A stretch of DNA of 60,629 nucleotides. It comes from Flavobacteriaceae bacterium UBA7446 (lineage in GTDB: Bacteria > Bacteroidota > Bacteroidia > Flavobacteriales > Flavobacteriaceae). Where the stretch lies: NCBI GenBank assembly GCA_002478685.1, contig DLPY01000057.1, positions 1-60,629 of the forward strand. The letters run 5' to 3'. Shown piece by piece: positions 45,061 to 54,184 of the stretch; position 1 is the stretch's first letter; each line of letters starts with the position of its first letter. The notes under the pieces were generated by a model, which was not told the DNA's origin, did no database searches, and was given only the letters and a program-made list of their open reading frames with translations. The translations under genes were made by a program, and so were the position numbers.

Positions 45061-46329
45061 GTGCGCGAGGAATTGCTTGCCTATTTATGGAAAACACAAA
45101 AACTTCGCAAAGGTCAATTAAAGACGACTAGTGGAGAAAAGGTTATTATTGTTAAACCTGGACAGGAAAACACCCACGCAGGACCAGATTTTTTTAACGC
45201 GCACATACAAATTAATGAAACCCTTTGGGTGGGCAATGTTGAACTTCATGTAAAATCTTCCGATTGGTTTAGGCATCGGCATCAAGAAGACAAAAATTAT
45301 GACAACGTGGTGTTGCATGTGGTGTGGAGTGATGACATGCCTGTTTTTGATGCAAGTCAACAGCCCATGCCAACGTTGCGCCTGGCAGACTATGCGCCCA
45401 AAAACTTTGTAAACAAATACATTAAATGGTTAGCACAAGACAATAAATGGATACTCTGTGCTGATAAGTTACATAAGCTCCCTCAATTTGTTAGGAAACA
45501 TTTTTGGGAACATTTATACGTAGAGCGATTAATGGAAAAAACCGCTTTATTTCAAAGCTGGTTATCATTAACCCAAAATAATTGGGAAACCGTATTTTTT
45601 GTAGCGCTTGCAAAGGGTTTTGGTCTAAAGCAAAACGGAATGGCGTTTGCCCAAACGGCACTATCCATTCCTTGGAAAGTAATCCTAAAAAATGTCGAAA
45701 AAGTAGAAGTGTTGGAAGCACTTCTAATGGGGCAATCGGGTCTTTTTGATGTTCATTTAGAAAACGAATATTTTCGGAAACAGCAAAAAACCTATGCGTA
45801 CTTAAAACATAAATTTAGCCTTACTCTACCATCCGAAAGCGCAAAGTTTTTTAGGTTGCGTCCAACCAATTTCCCTACCATTCGTTTGGCACAATTGGCT
45901 TGGCTACTTCATCAAAAACCAAAAATATTGATGCTTGTCCAAAAAGCGAAAACCATAGAAGAATGGTATGATGTGCTAGATGCTAAAACCTCGTCTTTTT
46001 GGGAAACACATTATCACTTTGATACGCCTTCCAAAAAACGCACAAACCGACTGACCAAGTCCTTTAGGCAATTATTGTTGCTGAATACGGTTTTTCCTTT
46101 TTTATTTCATTATTACAACTATTTAGGCGATAAACGAAAAGAGCGTGTTTTGGATTGGGTACGTCAACTTCCTGCTGAAAAAAATGCATATGTTTCAAAA
46201 TTTAATGCGTTGGGATGTCCTGTAGAAGATGCTCTTGAAAGCCAGGCGTGTATTCAGTTAAAAAATACTTATTGTGCACCGCGCCGTTGCCTAAAATGCG
46301 CTTATGGACACAAACTTTTAAATCTTTGA
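45061..46329 (+). CDS. DUF2851 family protein
   Basis: 422 aa with a GTG start. The N-terminus ..LW......L.T..G..V.I...G..N...GPDF..A.I......W.GNVE.H...SDW..H.H and the C-terminal ..C..C.. match DUF2851 as I recall it. Confidence 0.75.
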   Translation: MREELLAYLWKTQKLRKGQLKTTSGEKVIIVKPGQENTHAGPDFFNAHIQINETLWVGNVELHVKSSDWFRHRHQEDKNYDNVVLHVVWSDDMPVFDASQQPMPTLRLADYAPKNFVNKYIKWLAQDNKWILCADKLHKLPQFVRKHFWEHLYVERLMEKTALFQSWLSLTQNNWETVFFVALAKGFGLKQNGMAFAQTALSIPWKVILKNVEKVEVLEALLMGQSGLFDVHLENEYFRKQQKTYAYLKHKFSLTLPSESAKFFRLRPTNFPTIRLAQLAWLLHQKPKILMLVQKAKTIEEWYDVLDAKTSSFWETHYHFDTPSKKRTNRLTKSFRQLLLLNTVFPFLFHYYNYLGDKRKERVLDWVRQLPAEKNAYVSKFNALGCPVEDALESQACIQLKNTYCAPRRCLKCAYGHKLLNL

Positions 46330-46342
46330 TTACATTTGTGTG

Positions 46343-46570
46343 ATGAGTTTTTTGCACGAAACACGCTATTTTTTTGAAAAAAGAGGATTTGAGGTCTGTT
46401 CTCGTCTTGCAGAACGACTTGGGATGAAAGCAAAAAATGTCAGAATCTTTTTTATTTATTTAAGCTTTTTTTCGTTAGGTGTTGGTTTTGCTTTATATTT
46501 AGTGCTTGCTTTTTGGCTCAGGATGAAAGATTTCTTATTTGCCAAACGCTCATCTGTTTTTGATTTATAA
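46343..46570 (+). CDS. PspC domain-containing small membrane protein
   Basis: About 75 aa. ..GVCSRLAERLGMKAKNVRIFFIYLSF.. followed by a TM helix. A GTG alternative start exists at 46340. Confidence 0.7.
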   Translation: MSFLHETRYFFEKRGFEVCSRLAERLGMKAKNVRIFFIYLSFFSLGVGFALYLVLAFWLRMKDFLFAKRSSVFDL

Positions 46571-46583
46571 TCCAAAATTTTTT

Positions 46584-48182
46584 ATGAAATATTCAGCCAC
46601 CTTTTTTTTTACGCTTTTCTGTTTGCCAATTGCAGCTCAAACCCCAGTAAAGGGGCTTGACGAACGCATTAATGAAGCTTTTACACCTATCGCCGATTGG
46701 TGGGGGGCTGTAGTGTTACATAACTTCCCTGGCACTGAAATTCCGACCATAATTTTCCTACTTGTTGGAGGGGCGTTGTTTTTTACTATTTATTTCGGGT
46801 TTATTAATTTACGATGCTTTCCATTGGCTGTAAGAGTTGTTCGTGGAAAATACGATGAGATTGACCAACACGAAGCTGATGAAAAAGCAGCTGTAAAAAT
46901 TGACACTGGCAATATAGATCATTCAATAAAAGCCGAGGGTAAAGATGGTGAAGTAAGTCATTTTCAAGCCTTGGCTACTGCCGTTTCGGGAACGGTAGGA
47001 AATGGAAACATTGCGGGAGTTGCTCTGGCTATTGCTATAGGAGGTCCTGGAGCTACTTTTTGGATGATTTTATGTGGTCTTATTGGCATGTCAACCAAAT
47101 TTGTAGAATGTACGCTTGGGGTAAAATACCGTGATGTTGGCGAAGACGGAACCGTTTATGGCGGTCCCATGTATTATCTTACTAAGGGACTCAAGGAGCG
47201 TGGATTTGCCAAATTCGGAAAGTTTTTAGCAGTTGTGTTTGCACTTCTGTGTGTGGGCGCATCGTTTGGTGGGGGTAACGCTGCGCAGTCAAATCAGGCT
47301 GCCATGCAGCTTGTAGATTCTTTTGGAATGTCTGGTGGTAGTGCCCGCACTATAATTGGTATCATCATGATGTCTTTTGTTGGAATTATTATTATTGGCG
47401 GTATTAAGCGTATTGCATCTGTAACAGAGAAAGTGGTACCCTTTATGGCACTGATTTACATTGGCGCATGTTTATACATCATTATTACAAATTTTAACTA
47501 TGTGGATAATGCTTTTGGACAAATTTTCTATCAAGCATTTAGTCCACAAGCGGGGCTTGGAGGGCTTTTAGGTGTGCTTATCACAGGATTTAGACGTGCG
47601 GCTTTCTCCAACGAGGCAGGTGCAGGTTCGGCATCTATTGCGCATTCTGCTGTGAAAACTAAATATGCTGCTTCCGAAGGGTTGGTTGCGCTGCTTGAAC
47701 CGTTTATTGATACGGTGGTAATTTGCACCATGACCGCTTTGGTTATTATAATATTTAATGGAGACAATTCGGTTTTTGCTTATGGCGGTGAGAATGGAGT
47801 TGTCTTTATAAATGGTGAAGCTGTGGAGGGAGCTGGAATTACTGCTGCAGCATTTGCCAAATACATTTCTTTTTCTGGACCATTTTTAACTATAGCCGTG
47901 GTATTGTTTGCCATTTCAACAATGATCTCTTGGTCGTATTATGGGTTGCAATCTTGGATGTATATTTTTGGAAAAAGCAAATGGTCTGACCTGACTTATA
48001 AATTGTTATTTTTGGCGTTTATTGTTATTGGCGCAGCAGGAGATATGTCTGCAGTTTGGACGTTTTCCGATGCGATGATATTGGCGTTGGTGTTTCCAAA
48101 TATGATTGGGTTATTTTTCCTATTCCCAAGAGTTAAAGAAGAACTTACAGGATATCTTTCTGCTATTCGTGCAAAAACGTAA
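46584..48182 (+). CDS. Alanine/glycine:cation (sodium) symporter, AGCS family
   Basis: ..SHFQALATAVSGTVGNGNIAGVALAI..GGPGA.FWM.. is the AGCS signature, and the protein is polytopic. The ORF extends upstream to 46539. Confidence 0.9.
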   Translation: MKYSATFFFTLFCLPIAAQTPVKGLDERINEAFTPIADWWGAVVLHNFPGTEIPTIIFLLVGGALFFTIYFGFINLRCFPLAVRVVRGKYDEIDQHEADEKAAVKIDTGNIDHSIKAEGKDGEVSHFQALATAVSGTVGNGNIAGVALAIAIGGPGATFWMILCGLIGMSTKFVECTLGVKYRDVGEDGTVYGGPMYYLTKGLKERGFAKFGKFLAVVFALLCVGASFGGGNAAQSNQAAMQLVDSFGMSGGSARTIIGIIMMSFVGIIIIGGIKRIASVTEKVVPFMALIYIGACLYIIITNFNYVDNAFGQIFYQAFSPQAGLGGLLGVLITGFRRAAFSNEAGAGSASIAHSAVKTKYAASEGLVALLEPFIDTVVICTMTALVIIIFNGDNSVFAYGGENGVVFINGEAVEGAGITAAAFAKYISFSGPFLTIAVVLFAISTMISWSYYGLQSWMYIFGKSKWSDLTYKLLFLAFIVIGAAGDMSAVWTFSDAMILALVFPNMIGLFFLFPRVKEELTGYLSAIRAKT

Positions 48183-48190
48183 GCTATGTC

Positions 48191-49036
48191 GTGAAAGCAA
48201 CGCCCTCATTTCTTAACCTAACCACAGCACAGCGAAGAGGAGTTTTTTGGACACTGTTTTTGTTTTTGCTGCTGCACTTAGGAATCACATTCCTTCCAAA
48301 AAAAACTCAAAAAGTATATACCTTTCTGGTTCTTGACACCATAGTACAGCAACAAGTAGATGCACTTATTGCGTCGAAACAAACCACAGATAGGGATACC
48401 ATTTACCCTTTTAATCCCAACTACATTTCCGATTTTAAGGCCTATCAACTTGGCATTTCCATGGAGGCTGTGTTTCGAATTCGAGCATACCGAGATACGG
48501 GGAAATACATTACCTCAGAAACAACCTTACAGCAGGTGGCGAAACTTTCGAACGAAGATTTATCCCGCATACGTCCCTACCTTAAGCTACCCAAACCCTT
48601 TTTGTCTAAAACAATAAAGCCAAAACAAAAACATATAAAAAAAGAACTTAATGCAGCCACCTCCGCCGACTTGCAACAGGTCTATGGGGTTGGCGAGGTG
48701 TTTGCCAGTCGTATTATTTCTACACGGAATAAGTTAGGCGGATTTATAGTTAAAGATCAACTTAAAGATGTTTGGGGGCTCAGCCCCGATACACAAAAAC
48801 GACTTTGGGAACATTTTATTCTTGACTCAATACCCATTATCAAAAAGCAAAACATAAACAATCTTACCATTGCACAATTAGCTCAGCAATACTATGTTAG
48901 CACATCTTTGGCAAGTAGTATAGTAGCAGTTAGAACGCAAAAGGAGTCTCTTGCTTCGTGGGACGATTTGGCTGGCATTCAGCAACTCGATTCGGTTAAA
49001 AAAGCAAGATTATCCTTATATTTGTCTTTTAATTAG
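48191..49036 (+). CDS. Helix-hairpin-helix (ComEA-like) domain membrane protein
   Basis: 281 aa with a GTG start. An N-terminal TM helix is followed by repeated HhH-like segments (..LNAATSADLQQVYGVGEVFASRII..). Confidence 0.6.
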   Translation: MKATPSFLNLTTAQRRGVFWTLFLFLLLHLGITFLPKKTQKVYTFLVLDTIVQQQVDALIASKQTTDRDTIYPFNPNYISDFKAYQLGISMEAVFRIRAYRDTGKYITSETTLQQVAKLSNEDLSRIRPYLKLPKPFLSKTIKPKQKHIKKELNAATSADLQQVYGVGEVFASRIISTRNKLGGFIVKDQLKDVWGLSPDTQKRLWEHFILDSIPIIKKQNINNLTIAQLAQQYYVSTSLASSIVAVRTQKESLASWDDLAGIQQLDSVKKARLSLYLSFN

Positions 49037-49038
49037 CT

Positions 49039-50202
49039 ATGAAAACTGAACTACAAACAGGTCCTAGTTTCGACTTAGGTGAAATCCATAATTTGGTGGC
49101 TGCTTCTGCCCGCGATTTTGCACAGCAGTACATCGCACCCCACGTCATGGACTGGGACGAACGCCAATTTTTTCCTAAAGAGGTCTTAAATCATGCGGGT
49201 AGTATGGGTTTTATGGGGGTTCTTGTACCTAAAATCTACGGAGGCGAAGGTTTGGGTTATTTTGAATACACCGCTATTATTGAAGAAATTTCAAAGGTTG
49301 ACCCTTCCATGGGGCTATCGATTGCTGCGCACAACTCGTTATGTACAAACCACATTTTGCAGTTTGGTACTGAATATCAAAAGCAGCGTTGGTTACCAAA
49401 ATTAGCTTCGGGTGATTGGATTGGTGCATGGGGACTTACCGAGCACAACACAGGCTCTGATGCTGGTGGCATGAATTCAACAGCTGTTCGCGATGGTGAT
49501 GACTGGATTATTAATGGCACTAAAAACTTTATTACACACGGAAGTAGTGGCGACATTGCTGTTGTGGTGGTGCGAACTGGCGAAAAAGGCGATAGTCATG
49601 GTATGACGGCTTTTGCCATAGAGCGTGGAACACCAGGTTTTAGCGCTGGAAAAAAAGAGAATAAATTGGGAATGCGTGCTTCCGAAACCGCTGAATTGGT
49701 TTTTGATCAATGCCGTATTCCAGATGAAAATAGACTGGGAGAGGTTGGAGATGGCTTCATTCAATCTATGAAAATATTAGATGGAGGGCGCATTTCTATT
49801 GCGGCACTTTCGTTGGGAATTGCCCGTGGAGCATACGAGGCTTCTTTAAAATATTCATCAGAGCGTGTGCAATTTGGTAAACCAATTAACGCCTTCCAAG
49901 GGATTTCGTTTAAGTTGGCACAAATGGCTACAGATATAGAAGCTTCCGAATTATTGATGCACAAAGCGTGTTATGAGAAAAACATGGGCAATAGAATGAC
50001 AAAAATCAGTGCTATGTGCAAGCTTTTTGCTTCTGAAACCTGTGTTCGCGTGGCAAATGAAGCTGTTCAAGTTTTTGGAGGTTATGGTTACTCCAAAGAA
50101 TTTCCAGTAGAGAAATATTTACGCGATTCTAAGTTATGCACGATAGGTGAGGGGACTTCTGAAATCCAAAAAGTGGTGATTGCCAAGCAAATTTTAAAAT
50201 AG
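49039..50202 (+). CDS. Acyl-CoA dehydrogenase (short/branched-chain type)
   Basis: 387 aa. ..[16 protein letters not shown].. and C-terminal ..IGEGTSEIQ... Confidence 0.92.
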   Translation: MKTELQTGPSFDLGEIHNLVAASARDFAQQYIAPHVMDWDERQFFPKEVLNHAGSMGFMGVLVPKIYGGEGLGYFEYTAIIEEISKVDPSMGLSIAAHNSLCTNHILQFGTEYQKQRWLPKLASGDWIGAWGLTEHNTGSDAGGMNSTAVRDGDDWIINGTKNFITHGSSGDIAVVVVRTGEKGDSHGMTAFAIERGTPGFSAGKKENKLGMRASETAELVFDQCRIPDENRLGEVGDGFIQSMKILDGGRISIAALSLGIARGAYEASLKYSSERVQFGKPINAFQGISFKLAQMATDIEASELLMHKACYEKNMGNRMTKISAMCKLFASETCVRVANEAVQVFGGYGYSKEFPVEKYLRDSKLCTIGEGTSEIQKVVIAKQILK

Positions 50203-50229
50203 TCCTTGTAGGTTATTAAAAATTACTGT

Positions 50230-50237
50230 TATATTTG
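50230..50237 (+). promoter_or_regulatory. -7 promoter box TAtaTTTG for rpsU
   Basis: Exact TAnnTTTG, 33 nt upstream of the rpsU ATG. Confidence 0.4.
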
Positions 50238-50269
50238 CATGCTAATTTTAAAGAAAGGAGGTACGGTTC

Positions 50270-50464
50270 ATGTTAATAATTCCAATTAAAGACGGTGAAA
50301 ATATTGATCGCGCGCTAAAGCGTTTCAAACGTAAGTTTGATAAAACAGGAACCATGCGTCAGTTACGTGAGCGCCAGACGTTCACGAAACCTTCCGTTTC
50401 TAGACGCGCTCAAGTTCAAAAGGCTTCATATATCCAGCATCTCCGCGACCAAGAAGAAAATTAA
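50270..50464 (+). CDS. rpsU: 30S ribosomal protein S21
   Basis: 64 aa. ..IDRALKRFKRK..K.G......R..F.KPS..RR... Confidence 0.95.
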   Translation: MLIIPIKDGENIDRALKRFKRKFDKTGTMRQLRERQTFTKPSVSRRAQVQKASYIQHLRDQEEN

Positions 50465-50481
50465 TTTCTTACCTTGTCCAA

Positions 50482-51372
50482 ATGGACAATGTCGCTGCTT
50501 TTCTTCGTTATCTAACGGCTGAAAAAAACTATTCTGCACATACACTTCGTGCTTATCGCAAAGATTTGGACGATTTTATGCTGCATTGTACTACTAACTA
50601 TCAGCTTAAAAACCTAACCAAAGTACATTATGCTATGGTTAGAGACTACATTGTTGCCCTATCAAAAAAAGGGTTGACTATGCGCAGCATCAACAGAAAG
50701 TGTGTTACGCTAAATTCTTTTTACAATTATTTGCGCACCATTGGGGCAATAGACAAACACCCGCTTGCACAGCATAAATCCCTAAAAGCCAAAAAATCAT
50801 TTATTGTTCCCTTTAGTGAGTCAGAAGTAGATCATGCCATACAACAAATAGACCAATCAACGTTTTCGGGTCTAAGGGATGCCACTGCCATTGAGTTGTT
50901 TTACAGTACTGGTATGCGTCAAGCTGAGCTTATTGGTTTGCGAGTTTCTGATATTGATTGGGCGCAGCAGCAGTTGCGTATTTTGGGTAAACGCAACAAA
51001 GAAAGACTAGTACCAATGCTACCCTCATTAATAGCAACATTAAAAACGTATTGCGAGCAGCGAAACGAAATCGACAATGCCAAAACACACGATTTTTTGT
51101 TGGTCACAGATAAGGGGAAAAAAACCTATCCTTCGTTTGTATATCGTCTAATTAAATTGTACTTTAACGAGGTATCTTTTAAGATACGCACCTCACCTCA
51201 TGTTTTGCGCCACAGTTTTGCGACACATATGCTAGATGCAGGTGCCGACATTAACGTAGTCAAGGAAATTCTTGGCCACGAAAACTTGGCTGCAACTCAA
51301 GAGTACACCAAAGTTCAGCTCCCAAAAGTGCAAGACGCCTACCGCGCTGCACACCCTAGAGCAAAAAAGTAA
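50482..51372 (+). CDS. Tyrosine recombinase XerC/XerD family
   Basis: 296 aa with an SAM-like N-domain. The catalytic residues are in context: ..TGMRQAEL.., ..HVLRHSFATH.., ..LGHENLAATQEYT... The rpsU-xer-hpf arrangement is conserved in Bacteroidota. Confidence 0.85.
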   Translation: MDNVAAFLRYLTAEKNYSAHTLRAYRKDLDDFMLHCTTNYQLKNLTKVHYAMVRDYIVALSKKGLTMRSINRKCVTLNSFYNYLRTIGAIDKHPLAQHKSLKAKKSFIVPFSESEVDHAIQQIDQSTFSGLRDATAIELFYSTGMRQAELIGLRVSDIDWAQQQLRILGKRNKERLVPMLPSLIATLKTYCEQRNEIDNAKTHDFLLVTDKGKKTYPSFVYRLIKLYFNEVSFKIRTSPHVLRHSFATHMLDAGADINVVKEILGHENLAATQEYTKVQLPKVQDAYRAAHPRAKK

Positions 51373-51423
51373 GTACCCTCGCGCCAAGTTCACCCATTTT
51401 TAACGTTAAAACTCATTATAAAT

Positions 51424-51738
51424 ATGCGACTCACTATTCAAGCAATTAACTTTTCATTAAAATCAAATCTTAAAAAATTTATCGCTAAACGTATTGATAA
51501 ATACCAAAACTATTACGACAAGATTTCGTCAACAGACCTATATATGAAACTTGAAAAATCTGCACGTTCGCGTGGTAAGCAAGTTGAGATAAAAGTCAAA
51601 ATACCTGGAGATATTTTAATGATTAAGAAGGAACGTAACACTTTCGAAGAGGCTATTGATGCTGCATCTAAAGCTGTTGAGCGTTTGCTCATTCGCTATA
51701 AAGAAAAGCAATTGCGTTCATATCAAAATGGGGTTTAA
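51424..51738 (+). CDS. hpf: Ribosome hibernation promoting factor / RaiA family (short form)
   Basis: 104 aa. MRLTIQAINFSL.. has the sigma-54 modulation protein/S30EA fold pattern. Confidence 0.8.
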   Translation: MRLTIQAINFSLKSNLKKFIAKRIDKYQNYYDKISSTDLYMKLEKSARSRGKQVEIKVKIPGDILMIKKERNTFEEAIDAASKAVERLLIRYKEKQLRSYQNGV

Positions 51739-51766
51739 TTTTTTTGAAGCCAAATAAATTAATTGT

Positions 51767-51774
51767 TACATTTG
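51767..51774 (+). promoter_or_regulatory. -7 promoter box TAcaTTTG for the tRNA cluster
   Basis: Exact TAnnTTTG, 27 nt upstream of tRNA-Thr. Confidence 0.4.
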
Positions 51775-51800
51775 CATCCGCTTCCAATAAGGGAGTATAA

Positions 51801-51874
51801 GCCGATGTAGCTCAGCTGGCTAGAGCAGCTGATTTGTAATCAGCAGGTCGTGGGTTCGAGTCCCTCCATCGGCT
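51801..51874 (+). tRNA. tRNA-Thr (anticodon TGT)
   Basis: Acceptor GCCGATG/CATCGGC. Anticodon stem GCTGA/TCAGC with loop TTTGTAA. T arm GTGGG-TTCGAGT-CCCTC, with one T-T mismatch at the second pair. Confidence 0.85.
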
Positions 51875-51919
51875 CTTGTATTTTTCATCCTTTTGTGGTG
51901 AACAACGATCTTTGTAATA

Positions 51920-52002
51920 GGGGAGATACTCAAGCGGCCAACGAGGACAGACTGTAAATCTGTTGTTTTTTAACTTCGCAGGTTCGAATCCTGCTCTCCC
52001 CA
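51920..52002 (+). tRNA. tRNA-Tyr (anticodon GTA), class II with long variable arm
   Basis: Acceptor GGGGAGA/TCTCCCC. Anticodon stem ACAGA/TCTGT with loop CTGTAAA. T arm GCAGG-TTCGAAT-CCTGC. Confidence 0.9.
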
Positions 52003-52018
52003 CACTGAAAATATAAAC

Positions 52019-52091
52019 GCGGGAGTAGCTCAGTTGGTAGAGCGTCAGCCTTCCAAGCTGAATGTCGCCGGTTCGAACCCGGTCTCCCGCT
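52019..52091 (+). tRNA. tRNA-Gly (anticodon TCC)
   Basis: Acceptor GCGGGAG/CTCCCGC. Anticodon stem TCAGC/GCTGA with loop CTTCCAA. T arm GCCGG-TTCGAAC-CCGGT. Confidence 0.9.
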
Positions 52092-52193
52092 CAAAGCGGA
52101 AAGTTGTTACACCGAAAGGTGTGATTTTTCTAAGGATTAAATTTTTGATCTCAAGTATGGGTTGAGAAGTTTATGCCGAGCGAGGTCGAGGTA

Positions 52194-52210
52194 AACCCGG
52201 TCTCCCGCTC
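52194..52210 (+). repeat. 17-nt direct repeat of the tRNA-Gly 3' end (AACCCGGTCTCCCGCTC); first copy at 52076..52092
   Basis: Exact 17/17 identity. Weaker similarity extends about 10 nt further upstream (GTCGCCGGTTCG vs GGTCGAGGTA). Confidence 0.6.
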
Positions 52211-52225
52211 TTATTTTTCACTAAC

Positions 52226-52297
52226 GCCGATGTAGCTCAGGGGTAGAGCGTTTCCTTGGTAAGGAAGAGGTCGGCAGTTCAAATCTGCTCATTGGCT
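52226..52297 (+). tRNA. tRNA-Thr (anticodon GGT)
   Basis: Acceptor GCCGATG/CATTGGC (one G-T pair). Anticodon stem TTTCC/GGAAG with loop TTGGTAA. T arm GGCAG-TTCAAAT-CTGCT. Confidence 0.9.
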
Positions 52298-52307
52298 CAA
52301 GTCTCTT

Positions 52308-52490
52308 TTATTTGCACCAACATTTCTGTTGCATTTTTTGCATTAGCGTAAACACAAATAGCCCCTTTGCTATAAAGTATATGCCGATAGCTGTAAAAAG
52401 ATAATCATCGTTATAAATTACTAAAATACCTCCAGCAATCATGGCTATTGCCGCAACGATACTCAACAGGTTTAATGATTTGGATTTCAT
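52308..52490 (-). CDS. Hypothetical small membrane protein (2 predicted TM helices)
   Basis: 60-aa ORF with two hydrophobic stretches (LLSIVAAIAMIAGGILVIY and AIGIYFIAKGLFVFTL), in an otherwise empty gap between the tRNA cluster and tuf. No family was recognised. Confidence 0.35.
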   Translation of the reverse strand: MKSKSLNLLSIVAAIAMIAGGILVIYNDDYLFTAIGIYFIAKGLFVFTLMQKMQQKCWCK

Positions 52491-52573
52491 ATATTCAGAT
52501 TTTAGGAATAACTAAGATATGAAAATTCTTTGTATTTTTTTTGTTTAATTGTGCTTTTAAAACAGGAAAAGAT

Positions 52574-52581
52574 TATATTTG
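52574..52581 (+). promoter_or_regulatory. -7 promoter box TAtaTTTG for tuf
   Basis: Exact TAnnTTTG, 33 nt upstream of the tuf ATG. Confidence 0.45.
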
Positions 52582-52613
52582 CGCTCATTTTAAAAGAATA
52601 AACGCACATTATT

Positions 52614-53801
52614 ATGGCTAAAGAAACTTTTGATCGGTCCAAGCCACACCTTAATATCGGTACAATTGGACACGTTGATCACGGGAAAACAACGTTAACA
52701 GCTGCAATCACAAAAGTTTTGGCAGATGCAGGTTTGTCTGAAGCAAAAAGCTTTGACCAAATTGATAATGCTCCTGAAGAAAAAGAAAGGGGTATTACTA
52801 TCAACACATCACACGTTGAATACCAAACCGCAAACCGTCACTATGCACACGTAGATTGTCCAGGTCACGCCGACTATGTTAAGAACATGGTAACGGGTGC
52901 TGCGCAAATGGACGGTGCTATCTTAGTAGTTGCTGCTACAGATGGTCCTATGCCACAAACTCGCGAGCATATCCTTCTTGGACGTCAGGTTGGTGTACCT
53001 CGCATTGTTGCGTTCCTTAACAAAGCTGACATGGTAGATGATGAAGAGCTACTTGAGCTTGTTGAAATGGAAGTACGTGAGTTGCTGAGCTTCTACGACT
53101 ATGATGGCGACAATGGACCTGTTGTACTTGGTTCTGCACTTGGTGCTTTGAACGGAGAGCAAAAGTGGGTTGACTCTGTAATGAAATTAATGGAAGAAGT
53201 TGATGCTTGGATTGAGCTTCCAAAGCGTGATGTTGACAAAGACTTCTTAATGCCAATTGAAGATGTATTTTCAATTACTGGTCGTGGTACTGTTGCAACG
53301 GGTCGTATAGAAACTGGTGTTGCTAATACGGGTGACGCTGTCGACATTATTGGTATGGGTGCAGAAAAATTGGACTCAACCATTACGGGAGTTGAAATGT
53401 TCCGCAAAATACTAGACCGTGGAGAAGCTGGAGATAATGTAGGTATCTTACTTCGTGGTATTGAAAAAACAGACATCAAACGAGGAATGGTAATTTGTAA
53501 GCCAGGATCTGTAACACCACACGCTAAGTTTAAAGCTGAGGTGTATATCTTGAAAAAAGAAGAGGGTGGTCGTCACACGCCATTCCACAACAATTACCGT
53601 CCACAGTTTTATGTACGTACAACAGACGTAACAGGAAATATTGCGTTACCTTCTGGAGTAGAAATGGTAATGCCTGGAGATAACTTGACAATTGAGGTTG
53701 ATTTAATTCAGCCAATTGCACTTAATGTAGGACTTCGTTTCGCAATCCGTGAAGGTGGTCGTACTGTTGGTGCGGGTCAGGTAACAGAGATTTTAGACTA
53801 A
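52614..53801 (+). CDS. tuf: Elongation factor Tu
   Basis: 395 aa. [17 protein letters not shown] and NKAD motifs. Confidence 0.98.
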   Translation: MAKETFDRSKPHLNIGTIGHVDHGKTTLTAAITKVLADAGLSEAKSFDQIDNAPEEKERGITINTSHVEYQTANRHYAHVDCPGHADYVKNMVTGAAQMDGAILVVAATDGPMPQTREHILLGRQVGVPRIVAFLNKADMVDDEELLELVEMEVRELLSFYDYDGDNGPVVLGSALGALNGEQKWVDSVMKLMEEVDAWIELPKRDVDKDFLMPIEDVFSITGRGTVATGRIETGVANTGDAVDIIGMGAEKLDSTITGVEMFRKILDRGEAGDNVGILLRGIEKTDIKRGMVICKPGSVTPHAKFKAEVYILKKEEGGRHTPFHNNYRPQFYVRTTDVTGNIALPSGVEMVMPGDNLTIEVDLIQPIALNVGLRFAIREGGRTVGAGQVTEILD

Positions 53802-53823
53802 TACTATCAACGTTTTGTGTAAT

Positions 53824-53852
53824 AAAGGTGCTGCTTACAGGCAGCACCTTTT
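53824..53852 (+). terminator. Intrinsic terminator after tuf
   Basis: AAAGGTGCTGC-TTACAG-GCAGCACCTTTT, with an 8-bp GC-rich core stem plus A/T extension. Confidence 0.6.
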
Positions 53853-53903
53853 GACGCACTAGACGGGTGTACCAACCCAAACAGGAGCAGTGCACCAACA
53901 GAG

Positions 53904-53976
53904 ACGGGTTTAGCTCAGTTGGTAGAGCACTGGTCTCCAAAACCAGGTGTCGGGAGTTCGAGTCTCTCAACCCGTG
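53904..53976 (+). tRNA. tRNA-Trp (anticodon CCA)
   Basis: Acceptor ACGGGTT/AACCCGT. Anticodon stem CTGGT/ACCAG with loop CTCCAAA. T arm GGGAG-TTCGAGT-CTCTC. Confidence 0.9.
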
Positions 53977-53989
53977 CAAGGAGAAACAA

Positions 53990-54184
53990 ATGACAGCGAT
54001 TATTTCATATATCAAAGACGCTTTTAAGGAATTAAAAAACCACGTTACTTGGACGCCGCAGTCCGAGTTGTTACGCCATACAACTGTAGTGGTCGTTTTT
54101 TCTATTATATTTTCGCTTTCCATTTGGGGGGCTGACTCCGTACTGTCGCGTGTCGTAAAGCTTTACTTCCAATTAATTAGTTAA
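53990..54184 (+). CDS. secE: Preprotein translocase subunit SecE
   Basis: 64 aa. MTAIISYIKDAFKELKNHVTWTP.. followed by a single TM helix. It occupies the canonical position between tRNA-Trp and nusG. Confidence 0.9.
   Translation: MTAIISYIKDAFKELKNHVTWTPQSELLRHTTVVVVFSIIFSLSIWGADSVLSRVVKLYFQLIS

Noticed and set aside
50482-51372. Tyrosine recombinase as the integrase of a mobile element, given the nearby tRNA-Gly repeat
   Set aside because: The rpsU-xer-hpf arrangement is a conserved housekeeping context in Bacteroidota. The protein looks like XerC/XerD rather than a phage or ICE integrase. No other mobile-element genes, cargo or flanking repeats surround it.
51812-52003. 63-aa minus-strand ORF over tRNA-Thr and tRNA-Tyr
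   Set aside because: It overlaps two well-folded tRNA genes and is spurious.
52095-52210. A second, intron-containing or degenerate full tRNA-Gly between the two 17-nt repeats
   Set aside because: Only about 5 bp of acceptor-like pairing (AGCGG/CCGCT) can be drawn. No D arm or anticodon arm can be folded, and the span of about 115 nt is far too long. A partial 3'-end duplication is the better description.
53722-54123. 133-aa minus-strand ORF spanning the tuf 3' end, tRNA-Trp and secE, and the 105-aa plus-strand ORF at 53867..54184
   Set aside because: Both run through the tRNA-Trp gene. The real gene is the 64-aa secE starting at the ATG at 53990, within the plus-strand ORF.
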